A stretch of DNA of 32,000 bases from Acaryochloris thomasi RCC1774 (GCF_003231495.1 NZ_PQWO01000018.1:30001-62000), one strand, 5' to 3'. Positions 1 through 8,619 are shown, counted from the first letter of the stretch. Notes: generated from the sequence alone by a model not told the origin. Made by a program: numbers and translations.

Positions 1-573
1 GAAAGTCTGCAACAGCAGGCCAACACCCAAGTCAAGTGGATGCAGTTGTTTACAGAAACCGTCCAAAAAATCTGGACCCTGGACGAACCCAACGAAATCT
101 TTAATACAACCGTTCGTCACGTTCGTAATGTGCTTGATGCTGACCGCGTGATTGTTTACGGATTGAGCGAACAAGCACAAGAAGTTGTGATTGCCGAATC
201 TATCGTTCCAGATTGGCCCAGCGCCCTCAGCACTCATATTCCCGATCCTTGCTTTCAAGCCAGATATCTTGAGAGATATCAAAAGGGGCGCGTTAAGGCC
301 ATTGAAGATATTTACAAGGCCAATCTGTCTCCCTGCTATATTGAGCAGCTTGCTTCATTAAAAGTCAAAGCACTTTTGACTGCACCGATCGTCCAGCAGG
401 ATCAGTTAGTGGGCCTCTTAATTGCTCATCAGTGCTACGGTGCGCGGGCTTGGCAAGAATTTGAGATTCAGTGGTTTACACAAATTGCTGCCCAGGTCGG
501 TCTAGCTCTCGACAAAGCTCAAAACCTAGCAGTCCGTCCGACAGAACAATATCCTGTCACTGATTGGGTCTAA
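1..573 (+). CDS. C-terminal part of a GAF-domain signalling protein (5' end outside the window)
   Basis: Frame 1 is open from nt 1, with no stop before the listed Met at 40, so the gene is cut by the window edge. The translation shows a phytochrome-type GAF pattern: DADRVIVYG...DPCF...GRVKAIEDIYKANLSPCYIEQL...VKALLTAPI...LIAHQC. Stop TAA at 571-573. Confidence 0.8.
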   Translation, partial: ESLQQQANTQVKWMQLFTETVQKIWTLDEPNEIFNTTVRHVRNVLDADRVIVYGLSEQAQEVVIAESIVPDWPSALSTHIPDPCFQARYLERYQKGRVKAIEDIYKANLSPCYIEQLASLKVKALLTAPIVQQDQLVGLLIAHQCYGARAWQEFEIQWFTQIAAQVGLALDKAQNLAVRPTEQYPVTDWV

Positions 574-595
574 AAGGTAGTGAGATATTGCAGCC

Positions 596-1198
596 TCAAT
601 TAATCCAGGGAATTGTGGAATCTTTCGGTGCTGCCTTTTCTTGAGATGATTGATCAGCAGAGTCAGCGACATGAATGAACAAAGGTGCAGGTTGTCCGTT
701 CTGCTCCAGAGCCTGTTTCTGTTTGCCCCGTTTAACCTGCTTTCTCTGAGACTGGCTGCGTGGGCGCCGAATGAAGGGCTGCTCTGATTCCTTCCCTGGA
801 TACAGAGATTCTAAGAAGAAATCTAGTGTTTGCTGCTTAAGCCATCCATGCAGAACGGCTAGCGAACCAAACCGATACCCACTTTGCTGTTGCTCTTTGA
901 GAATAGATGCAACCTGAGCTTCGTCTAAAAGCCTTGCTTGCTGCAGGTAGCTACCCAGCGCATCCTTGGAAGACTCTTTTATCAGCACTTGCCACTGCTC
1001 AGCAAAGAAATCGGCCGTCTCCTGCTTTAGCCAACCTCTGAGAGCAAGAATCTCGCCAAATCGCAACTCCATATGTTGTTGCTGATCGTGCAAAGCAACC
1101 TCAATCTGAGACTGAGAAATAAGATGAGCTTTGTGCAAGAGTTCGCCCAATCTTTGATGTAGCAGCAAGCGGGGAACAAGCGTGGCAGACTTTGACAT
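596..1198 (-). CDS. Hypothetical protein with two tandem MshEN/T2SSE_N-like repeats and a basic C-terminal tail
   Basis: ATG start, 200 aa. There is an internal duplication: residues 16-69 (RLGELLHKAHLISQSQIEVALHDQ...RFGEILALRGWLKQETADFF) and residues 80-132 (ALGSYLQQARLLDEAQVASILKEQ...RFGSLAVLHGWLKQQTLDFF). The tail is Lys/Arg/Gln-rich. Confidence 0.7.
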   Translation of the reverse strand: MSKSATLVPRLLLHQRLGELLHKAHLISQSQIEVALHDQQQHMELRFGEILALRGWLKQETADFFAEQWQVLIKESSKDALGSYLQQARLLDEAQVASILKEQQQSGYRFGSLAVLHGWLKQQTLDFFLESLYPGKESEQPFIRRPRSQSQRKQVKRGKQKQALEQNGQPAPLFIHVADSADQSSQEKAAPKDSTIPWIN

Positions 1199-1343
1199 AG
1201 ACCAAAAGCAAGTGTAATGGACTGTAGCTAAAGCATGAAACGAAATGAGATCGTCCGCCTCTTACTATACCAAATCCTTCCTATCCTCTAGCATCGAGCT
1301 ATCAGGCCTAAAAATATAGCAATATACGTACTGATTAGGACAT

Positions 1344-1395
1344 GAAAACGGCTGAAACCCATTTGTGCGAAGGAAAGGACTGTCCTGATTCAGCC
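1344..1395 (-). terminator. Candidate hairpin plus short U-tract downstream of the usp gene (weak)
   Basis: On the minus strand, GGCTGAA (1395-1389) pairs with TTCAGCC (1356-1350) and is followed by GTTTTC (1349-1344). The 32-nt loop is long for an intrinsic terminator. Confidence 0.25.
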
Positions 1396-1487
1396 GGGGA
1401 CTGCTATAAGCCCCCAACCCAAGTCGCCCGCTCCTGTATAGGCTTGAACAAAGCTCATCAACCTGATGCATGTCGACCTGCCGCAGG

Positions 1488-2117
1488 CTACTGCCACCCG
1501 GACAAATGAGTCAGTGCCCGCTCCTGTTCCGCCTGAGAAATTGTTCGCACTGCGGGAGCGCTGTTGGGAGATGATCGTGGAAGATCGCCATCAATAGCTT
1601 GACTTGACGGTAAGGATTCCTCCACAGACATATGTAGACCTTCTCCTTTCATAACCAAAACTGAGCAGGGGGCGTGATGCATGACGAAGTTACTGACGCT
1701 GCCCAGCAGTAGCTCACTGAGGCCCGCACGTCCTCGACTCCCCATACAGATTAAATCAGCGCCCCAAGACTGGCCGATTTCACAGATCAGATGCCCTGCG
1801 GCCCCAGAAGTTTGGGTTACTTCAGCCTGTACACCTGCTTGTCGTGCCTGCTCTGCAAAGGTTTGCAGGCGATTCAGCTCGCGTTTTTCATAGGACTCCC
1901 ATTGGTGACGATAGGTCTCTAGCGGCAGGTCAGACAAGCCTGGATAGTAGTGAAGACTAGGAATTGCAGGGAATTCAGGATATCCCTCTTCCTCCATCGA
2001 TAAGACATGGAGAAGCATAAGCTTAGCCTGTAGGGAGTTGGCCAGAGCCAATGCTTGCTCAAAAACCTGTTCTGTCAGAGTCGAACTATCGATAGCGACA
2101 AGAATTTTCTGGTACAT
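1488..2117 (-). CDS. Universal stress protein (UspA family) with a C-terminal extension
   Basis: MYQKILVAIDSS...LMLLHVL...GSRGRAGLSELLLGSVSNFVMHHAPCSVLVM is the Usp ATP-binding fold pattern. ATG start. Confidence 0.9.
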   Translation of the reverse strand: MYQKILVAIDSSTLTEQVFEQALALANSLQAKLMLLHVLSMEEEGYPEFPAIPSLHYYPGLSDLPLETYRHQWESYEKRELNRLQTFAEQARQAGVQAEVTQTSGAAGHLICEIGQSWGADLICMGSRGRAGLSELLLGSVSNFVMHHAPCSVLVMKGEGLHMSVEESLPSSQAIDGDLPRSSPNSAPAVRTISQAEQERALTHLSGWQ

Positions 2118-2292
2118 ACCAACCTCCTAAGTCCCGTGTATCTCAGTTCCGGTTATAGAACAATAGTTTGAGGAACCTGTGAGGAAAACTTGCAAGACTG
2201 CTGAGCGTCTCTTGATGGGCACAAAATTGCTGTATAGAAGTTTGTGCCAAACTCTCAGCAATCATTGACGAACAGTAACCGGATTATGGGGA

Positions 2293-2682
2293 TCAAGAAT
2301 CGCCTTTATGATTCAAGAAAAATTGTAGACGTACCAATGCCAGCGTCTGGCCTAAGCTGAGTGGCAAAAGCGTAATCCCTTCAAGGCGCGACTGAACCCA
2401 TCCCTCTCCCCAAGACCATTCATGGAATCCATCAATGCCTTTGCTAAGAACAAACTGGATGCCGCTAGAACTCAATCGACTCACACGATGCTGGACTTCA
2501 ATCGGGCCACTCCAGCTACTAAATGACGTGTCAATCTGCAACTGTCCTGGCATGCCTGACGATAATCGTTGCGGCCACAACCACTGCCTGAGCTGAGCTG
2601 TCTCCGTTAGACTTTCTCTAAGTCCATTTTTAGTCGCATCAACTTCAATTCGCAGCTCACTGTGCTGATAGTTGCCAAACAT
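2293..2682 (-). CDS. Hypothetical protein
   Basis: 129-aa ORF with an ATG start on the same strand as its neighbours. I recognise no motif. The coding call rests on ORF length and context only. Confidence 0.55.
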   Translation of the reverse strand: MFGNYQHSELRIEVDATKNGLRESLTETAQLRQWLWPQRLSSGMPGQLQIDTSFSSWSGPIEVQHRVSRLSSSGIQFVLSKGIDGFHEWSWGEGWVQSRLEGITLLPLSLGQTLALVRLQFFLNHKGDS

Positions 2683-2745
2683 ATGCGGTAAAGTCTTGAC
2701 CTGCAGAGTGTTTTTAAGAGTATCTTCCTATTTTAAGAGTTTCCT

Positions 2746-3717
2746 CTAGCCTCCAACAATTGCAGGTGCTATTTCGGAGGCCGTGAGAGAGCGACGGGGT
2801 ACCTCATAGGTTAGAAAGTCATGGGCCAATTCTGTCTGCGGAAAAATAGCGCGAGCCTCAGCCAATAAGTCCTTTAGCTGAATCGGGCTGCCTACAGCGT
2901 AACGAGGGCTAAAGTGGCTCAGAAAGAGTTGTCGGGCAGATGCATTGAGCGCCACTTGAGCGGCCATTGTTGAAGTAGAATGCAGTCGTTGGTAGGCTAA
3001 TTCGGCATCTTGGTGGGCAAATGTTGATTCATGAACCACAACGTCTGCATCCTGTGCTAATTCCACCGCATTTTCGCAATAGATGGTATCGGTGCAATAG
3101 GCGATTTTACGACCCACTTCCGTGGGGCCGCATAAATCAGCCCCTCTAACCACCTGACCATTCGGTAGCGTTACCGTTCCGCCCCGCTTAAGCTTTCCAT
3201 ATAGTGGCCCTGAGGGAATGCCCAGAGCAGCAGCTTTTTTGACATCGAAGTGTCCAACTCGGTCGCGCTCCTGAATCCGATAGCCGAAGGCGGTCACTCG
3301 ATGCTCTAAAACCGCGCAGGATACTGAAAAATCTTCTTCTTCAACCACGAGACCTGGCTGAACCGTATGAACCTCAATCGGATAGGAAAAGTGCGTTTGC
3401 GAGTATTTTCGACAAGCCTGTAGGTAAGCATTAAGCCCTGGAGGCCCGTAGATGTCGATTTTCTCAGGATTGGCCGCTAAACCACAGCTGGCCAGCAGAC
3501 CCATCAACCCAAAAATGTGATCCCCATGCATGTGTGTGACAAAAATGCGCCGAATCTGACTGATTTTGACATCACTGCGTAGGAGTTGATGCTGGGTCCC
3601 TTCACCACAGTCAAAGAGCCAAACCTCTGCTCGTTGAGGTAAACGGAGAGCAATGCTAGAAACATTCCGCGATCGCGTTGGTACCCCAGAGCTGGTTCCT
3701 AGAAAGGTAATCTGCAA
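2746..3717 (-). CDS. rnz: Ribonuclease Z (tRNA 3' endonuclease)
   Basis: MQITFLGTSSGVPT...LFDCGEGTQHQL...THMHGDHIFGL is the metallo-beta-lactamase HxHxDH motif in the RNase Z arrangement. 323 aa. Confidence 0.93.
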   Translation of the reverse strand: MQITFLGTSSGVPTRSRNVSSIALRLPQRAEVWLFDCGEGTQHQLLRSDVKISQIRRIFVTHMHGDHIFGLMGLLASCGLAANPEKIDIYGPPGLNAYLQACRKYSQTHFSYPIEVHTVQPGLVVEEEDFSVSCAVLEHRVTAFGYRIQERDRVGHFDVKKAAALGIPSGPLYGKLKRGGTVTLPNGQVVRGADLCGPTEVGRKIAYCTDTIYCENAVELAQDADVVVHESTFAHQDAELAYQRLHSTSTMAAQVALNASARQLFLSHFSPRYAVGSPIQLKDLLAEARAIFPQTELAHDFLTYEVPRRSLTASEIAPAIVGG

Positions 3718-4018
3718 AACAACATTGACCTCAAGCTATAGAAGGACTTCACCTTTATAGATCATACGCTTTGATTCCGAAGTCTTTCCATGATCTATCC
3801 GTAAAGATAGGCCGCTGACGCCGCTGACAGTAGGACGTATCATTTTGTGATATCAAGGTACCTGAAACTTTTCTCCCGCTATTCCGTCTTGCTCGAATGG
3901 TGTCCAATCCTTGAATTTGCTGAGGGGAAAGTGAATTGTTCGCTGGCCTCAAACAAGACTAGCCTTGGGCATCATATACATAGCTTCCCCCCATTTTGCC
4001 GCTCCCCTCTCTAGACCT

Positions 4019-5182
4019 ATGATTTCAACTTCAAACCCTTCACTTCGCCGACTGCTGAATCGAAAAATAGGATTAGTAACCTTGCTTTGTTGGTTGGCGT
4101 GCATTGCCCCAGCTGCAGCTCGTGACCTGAGGATTGCGGTGCAGCAAGGTAAGTCTCAGGTCGCTGTCGGCAGCTCTACTACAGCTCAGATATTAGATGG
4201 TTCTGGTAAGCAATTAGGGCAGTTGCCAGCTTTGCAGGGGTATTTTGCTAGTCCTGCAAACGGTGCCATTACTCTTGCCGATCAGCAAGCATGGCGGCTT
4301 ATTGTAAAACCTACGGACGGCGGCTTTGTCTACATTGATGACCAATGGTATCGAGGGACTGTTTCACTGATTCATACCAGCAAAGGTGTTACAGCCGTTA
4401 ACAATGTTGATTTAGAAGACTACCTCGCCAGTGTTGTGGGTAAAGAGGTTTATAAAGACTGGCCTGCGGAAGTACTCAAGGCTCAAGCCGTCGCAGCTCG
4501 TTCCTATGCACTCTATAAAAGCCAGAGTAGTAAAAGTTCTTTTTTTGATCTTGGGGACAGTCAAACCTATCAGGTTTATGGGGGTGTCAACGGTGAAGCA
4601 CCCAGCACTCATGCTGCTGTTCAGGCGACTGCAGGTCAAGTTTTGACCTATGGGGGCAAAATTATTAATGCTTCTTTTCATGCGAGTTCCGGCGGCCATA
4701 CTGAAAACTCTGAAAATGTCTGGAGCGGAGCGCTACCCTATCTCAGAGGGGTCGAGGATTTTGATCAAGCCGCCCCTAAATATCAGTGGACTAAAACATT
4801 AACGGCAATGGAGGCTAAGCAGAAGCTCTCAGGTCTTGGCAATATCATCGCAATCAAGCCCCTGGGCAAGACTTTTACCGGACGGATCACAAACGTTGAA
4901 GTGGTGGGTGATCGTGGTTCACGCACAATGACAGGACGAGAGATGCGGACAGCTCTGGGGCTCAACAGCACTTTATTTGAAGTAACTCCTCAGCCTGGAT
5001 TGGTTGCGAGTCAGTCAGGTTCGACAGCTCCTACAGGCTTTCAGATCACGGGTAAAGGACATGGGCATGGCCTAGGGATGAGCCAATGGGGTGCTCTAGG
5101 TCTAGCAAAGCAGGGAAAGACTTACGATCAAATTTTGCAGCACTATTATCAGGGAACAGCTCTTTCTAAGGGCGAGTCTTGA
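4019..5182 (+). CDS. SpoIID/LytB-domain protein (peptidoglycan remodelling)
   Basis: AQAVAARSYAL...ASFHASSGGHTENSENVW...GHGHGLGMSQWGA are SpoIID-family motifs. The N-terminus has a hydrophobic signal (LVTLLCWLACIAPAAA). ATG at 4019 is preferred over the upstream TTG at 3965 listed in the track. Confidence 0.88.
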   Translation: MISTSNPSLRRLLNRKIGLVTLLCWLACIAPAAARDLRIAVQQGKSQVAVGSSTTAQILDGSGKQLGQLPALQGYFASPANGAITLADQQAWRLIVKPTDGGFVYIDDQWYRGTVSLIHTSKGVTAVNNVDLEDYLASVVGKEVYKDWPAEVLKAQAVAARSYALYKSQSSKSSFFDLGDSQTYQVYGGVNGEAPSTHAAVQATAGQVLTYGGKIINASFHASSGGHTENSENVWSGALPYLRGVEDFDQAAPKYQWTKTLTAMEAKQKLSGLGNIIAIKPLGKTFTGRITNVEVVGDRGSRTMTGREMRTALGLNSTLFEVTPQPGLVASQSGSTAPTGFQITGKGHGHGLGMSQWGALGLAKQGKTYDQILQHYYQGTALSKGES

Positions 5183-5211
5183 CTCAGTGTTAATGTGGAT
5201 CACTGAAAAAA

Positions 5212-5225
5212 TGTGATTTATCACA
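5212..5225. promoter_or_regulatory. Inverted repeat TGTGA-N4-TCACA in the long leader upstream of the sugar transferase gene
   Basis: TGTGATTTATCACA is read directly at 5212-5225, with a related GATCAC 15-20 bp upstream. The spacing (N4) differs from the CRP-family consensus (N6), so the binding factor is unknown. Confidence 0.2.
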
Positions 5226-5586
5226 CTGTCTCGTTCTATCACCTAGTAGTATAGGTAGTGTATACGCGGGTATCGACATATTGCTAATAGATTGGAAGCT
5301 TGACAGTATTCTAATCGAGAAACTAGCAATCACTTGGGGGTTATACCTAGCTCAATGATCTATTTTTTTCAGTAGGGTGTCGGCGAAAGTTCGCAAGACT
5401 TTACGGTTGAAAACATCATGTTTATACAGCACTATTTCAGGGTGTGTCAGAGGCTCTATCTTTTGGAAACGCCTTCTTCCCCCTGTCTGAGGGATTTATG
5501 CCTCAAATTATTACTAAGTCAAAGATTGCCTAGTAATGAAATGCAGTTTTTCCAGAACATCGGTGCTTTGATGGGAGATAAATAAC

Positions 5587-7008
5587 ATGACGATGCTCCA
5601 TAACAGCCCCGGAATTTTGCGCAATCACTCTTCGGCGATTACTTTTTTGCAGCGGATTCTTGATCCTACAATTGTCGTTGCTTTGTTGCTTATTTTGGCT
5701 CAACTGTACGGTATTAACTTTGAGCGGTTTGATATTCCCTCCCTGGCGATTATCTCTTTTTTGCTCATTCTTCCGATCTTCAAGGCGGTTGGCCTGTATC
5801 GGCCCTACCGCAACCTGTCTGTACAGATGTTGGGCGGACGTATATTGTTAGGCTGGATTGTGCTGTTGGGTGCCCTGCTGGTTTTGGGATATATCACTAA
5901 AACCTCTCATTATTATGCCCGCAGTCTACTTCTAACTTGGTCTGTTTGTGTTCCTGTGCTGCTTCTTAGCGTCCACGTTGCCGCATGGAGATTACTGCAG
6001 GGACTGCGTAAGTCTGGTCATAATTCTCGTTCTGCTGTGGTTGTGGGCATCAACGCCGTCAGTCAGCAGTTGATGGCCGAGGTCTCCCACTCACCAGAAC
6101 TGGGTATCCGTCTCTACGGTGTATTTGATGATGCAGATGATCCCAGTGAGCAGCTGCAGGGCTATGATCGTTCTCTGCTAATTGGTGGTCTGCCTCAGGT
6201 GGCGGAATACGTTCGTGAGCACTACATTGATGTTGTCTATGTGACCTGTTCTACCAATCAGAAAGATCGGGTGACGACGCTCCTACAGGATTTATTGGAT
6301 ACCACTGCCTGTGTGTACTATGTGCCGGACGTACTGACGTTTCATTTGATGCATGGTCGTCCCTACGAGATCAATGGCATCCCGCTGATGGCAATTTGGG
6401 AAGTACCGTTTACAGACGTCCAATATTTATTCAAGCGCAGCATTGATGTTCTTGTTTCGGGACTGGCGTTACTGCTGCTGTTCCCAATCATGCTGTGTAT
6501 TGCGATCGCAGTGAAACTCTCTTCTGTCGGCCCAATTTTCTTCCGGCAGCGCCGTTATGGTTTACATGGTCAAGAAATCACGGTGTATAAATTCCGATCC
6601 ATGCTCGTTCAAGAGGATGGTGCGGTTGTAAAGCAGGCAACGCGGGGAGACAGCCGGATCACGAGGGTAGGTGCCTTTTTACGTAAGACCTCTCTGGATG
6701 AGCTGCCTCAGTTTATTAATGTTCTGCAGGGGCGCATGAGTCTTGTTGGCCCTAGGCCCCACGCCGTAGCCCATAACGAGATGTACCGTAAGTTGATTGA
6801 CGGCTATATGCTGCGTCATAAGGTGAGGCCGGGCATTACGGGATGGGCACAGGTCAACGGCTGTCGGGGTGAGACAGAAACGCTGGAGAAAATGCAGAAG
6901 CGTATTGACTACGATCTTGACTATTTGAAGAACTGGTCGCTGCAGTTAGATATCCAGATTATTTTGCAGACTTTCTTTGTGTTCTTAAAAGATCAGAATG
7001 CCTATTAG
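5587..7008 (+). CDS. Undecaprenyl-phosphate sugar phosphotransferase (WbaP/WcaJ-type priming glycosyltransferase for exopolysaccharide or O-antigen)
   Basis: N-terminal multi-TM region, central nucleotide-binding-like domain, and a C-terminal bacterial sugar transferase domain (VYKFRSM...DELPQFINVLQGRMSLVGPRP...PGITGWAQVNG). GGGAG lies about 10 nt upstream of the ATG. Confidence 0.9.
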   Translation: MTMLHNSPGILRNHSSAITFLQRILDPTIVVALLLILAQLYGINFERFDIPSLAIISFLLILPIFKAVGLYRPYRNLSVQMLGGRILLGWIVLLGALLVLGYITKTSHYYARSLLLTWSVCVPVLLLSVHVAAWRLLQGLRKSGHNSRSAVVVGINAVSQQLMAEVSHSPELGIRLYGVFDDADDPSEQLQGYDRSLLIGGLPQVAEYVREHYIDVVYVTCSTNQKDRVTTLLQDLLDTTACVYYVPDVLTFHLMHGRPYEINGIPLMAIWEVPFTDVQYLFKRSIDVLVSGLALLLLFPIMLCIAIAVKLSSVGPIFFRQRRYGLHGQEITVYKFRSMLVQEDGAVVKQATRGDSRITRVGAFLRKTSLDELPQFINVLQGRMSLVGPRPHAVAHNEMYRKLIDGYMLRHKVRPGITGWAQVNGCRGETETLEKMQKRIDYDLDYLKNWSLQLDIQIILQTFFVFLKDQNAY

Positions 7009-7152
7009 TTGAACCTCGTTTCAATGTGAGGGAAACTCCACGTTAGAGATCTTCGTCTGTTTAGTAGGCGCTATTCTGCAGTTATCTTGGATGATTGCTA
7101 TGATAAGGCCCTAGTTTTTCTCTTCCAGATTGTTTCTCTCATAAGAATAACG

Positions 7153-8040
7153 ATGCTGAATTCGACTCTCTCTCAATCCTCTACTGATGTTCGGGGTCGG
7201 CAAGGTCTGAGATCTGTCCGCTTTCTTGCTGCCCTGGCAGCCGTCGCAGTCAGTTTACCTGCATCTCCAGCGCAGGCGTTCCCCTGGGGAGATTTTATCC
7301 GTCAGGGAGTTCAGGTTCTACAGTTCTCTAATTTATCGACTCGCAATGAGGTGGCGCTGGGCAACCAGATCCACAATAATCTAATGAGTCAGGGGATGAA
7401 GCTGTATCAAAATCAAGCGGTGAATGCCTATGTCAATCGAGTGGGGCAACGCTTGGTTTCTCGTAGTCAAGGGCATCGGGATTATCCCTACGTCTTTCAG
7501 GTGGCTTTGGATTCTCGCGTGAATGCGTTTGCCACGATGGGAGGCCGGGTTTACGTGACGACAGGCCTTCTGAAGGCTGCAGACAATGAGGCTGAGTTGG
7601 CGAGTGTCTTGGGCCACGAGATTGGCCATGTGAAGGAGCGACACCTCGTCAAACAAATCCGCCAGCGTACTTTGACGACCGGGTTGATTGGCACGGCAAC
7701 AGGGTTGAGCCAAAGTCAGGCTGCTAATATTGGTGTCGAGCTGTTGGTCAATCGCCCACAAGGTCGTGGAGACGAGTATGAAGCCGATCAGGTGGGCTTA
7801 GAAATTTTGCGTCAGGCCGGCTACGCTCCTTCTGCGGCACCCGCTTTTATGAAAAAATTGCTGTCAAATAGACGAACACCAACGTTCTTGAGTACGCATC
7901 CTGCTGTGCCTGATCGCCTTAAGGCTCTTCAGGATGCAATCGAGAAGGGCCGTACGCATAAGTGCGATCTCAACCCCAGTCTTCAGAGCTGCGGACTGGA
8001 TGCCCAGTCTTATCAGCAAAGTGTTAGTAATAGACTCTAA
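7153..8040 (+). CDS. M48-family zinc metalloprotease (secreted or periplasmic)
   Basis: HEIGHVKERH (HExxH) plus a downstream EYEAD, and a signal peptide ending ASPAQA-FP. ATG at 7153 is preferred over the TTG at 7087. Confidence 0.88.
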   Translation: MLNSTLSQSSTDVRGRQGLRSVRFLAALAAVAVSLPASPAQAFPWGDFIRQGVQVLQFSNLSTRNEVALGNQIHNNLMSQGMKLYQNQAVNAYVNRVGQRLVSRSQGHRDYPYVFQVALDSRVNAFATMGGRVYVTTGLLKAADNEAELASVLGHEIGHVKERHLVKQIRQRTLTTGLIGTATGLSQSQAANIGVELLVNRPQGRGDEYEADQVGLEILRQAGYAPSAAPAFMKKLLSNRRTPTFLSTHPAVPDRLKALQDAIEKGRTHKCDLNPSLQSCGLDAQSYQQSVSNRL

Positions 8041-8056
8041 TGACGAAGTGATAGGA

Positions 8057-8485
8057 CTAACGGCTTAGGCTTTTGTAGAGTCGAAGCTCGTTGCCGACCC
8101 CGTTCCAATACACGTCGTCAAAGATGTGGTAAAGGATATAGAGACCCCGTCCACATTCCTCTCGGGTACTGGGCGATGCTTGTCCTAAAGCCAAGGAGCA
8201 AAAATTGGGTGGTATAAACCCACCGCCCTGATCTGTAATGACCCACCAGCCTTCACGCTGAGCCTGCGTAAATTGGACCAAAACGATTTTCGCCGGATCA
8301 AGATTATTGCCATGTTTGGCGGCGTTGACCAGTGCTTCCTGCAACCCTAAACGTAAATCTCCTAGAAACCGTTCTGGAATGTCTGCCAATATGCAGTCTA
8401 GAACAGGTTGCAAGTAAAGCGTTGAAGCAAAGCTAATCGTTTGCCAGTACTGGCAGCTTTTTTTTGAGGGTGAGAGAGCAACCAC
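8057..8485 (-). CDS. RsbW/SpoIIAB-like anti-sigma regulatory factor (HATPase_c serine kinase)
   Basis: N-box EALVNAAKHGN, G1 box DQGGGF and G2 box GRGLYI. 142 aa, GTG start. Confidence 0.82.
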   Translation of the reverse strand: MVALSPSKKSCQYWQTISFASTLYLQPVLDCILADIPERFLGDLRLGLQEALVNAAKHGNNLDPAKIVLVQFTQAQREGWWVITDQGGGFIPPNFCSLALGQASPSTREECGRGLYILYHIFDDVYWNGVGNELRLYKSLSR

Positions 8486-8619
8486 ACAAACAATCTCACA
8501 GAGCTTTTAGAACAGAAAAAGTTGATGGTAGAAAATATAAATTTGGGCTCAAGGGAGCTTATTGAAGACTAAATTTTATCTATTTTGTATCAATTCATTG
8601 TAACAAATTAGCCTTGTTC

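Noticed and set aside
1265-1471. 68-aa ORF in the usp/MshEN-like intergenic region.
   Set aside because: It has no Shine-Dalgarno sequence, an odd composition and no recognisable motif. The region is better explained by RNA hairpins.
2218-2248. 8-bp inverted repeat GGCACAAA-N15-TTTGTGCC, 45 nt downstream of the 2293-2682 gene, considered as a terminator.
   Set aside because: No U-tract follows it on the minus strand and the stem is AU-rich. It cannot be called an intrinsic terminator from sequence alone.
3811-3828. Tandem 9-bp direct repeat GCCGCTGAC-GCCGCTGAC in the rnz/SpoIID-like divergent region.
   Set aside because: There are only two copies with no further periodicity. It could be a slippage duplication or a small binding site, and there is too little to interpret.
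3755-3952. 65-aa minus-strand ORF between rnz and the SpoIID-like gene.
   Set aside because: It sits in a divergent promoter region, is Arg/Ser/Gln-rich with no motif or RBS, and is likely a chance ORF.
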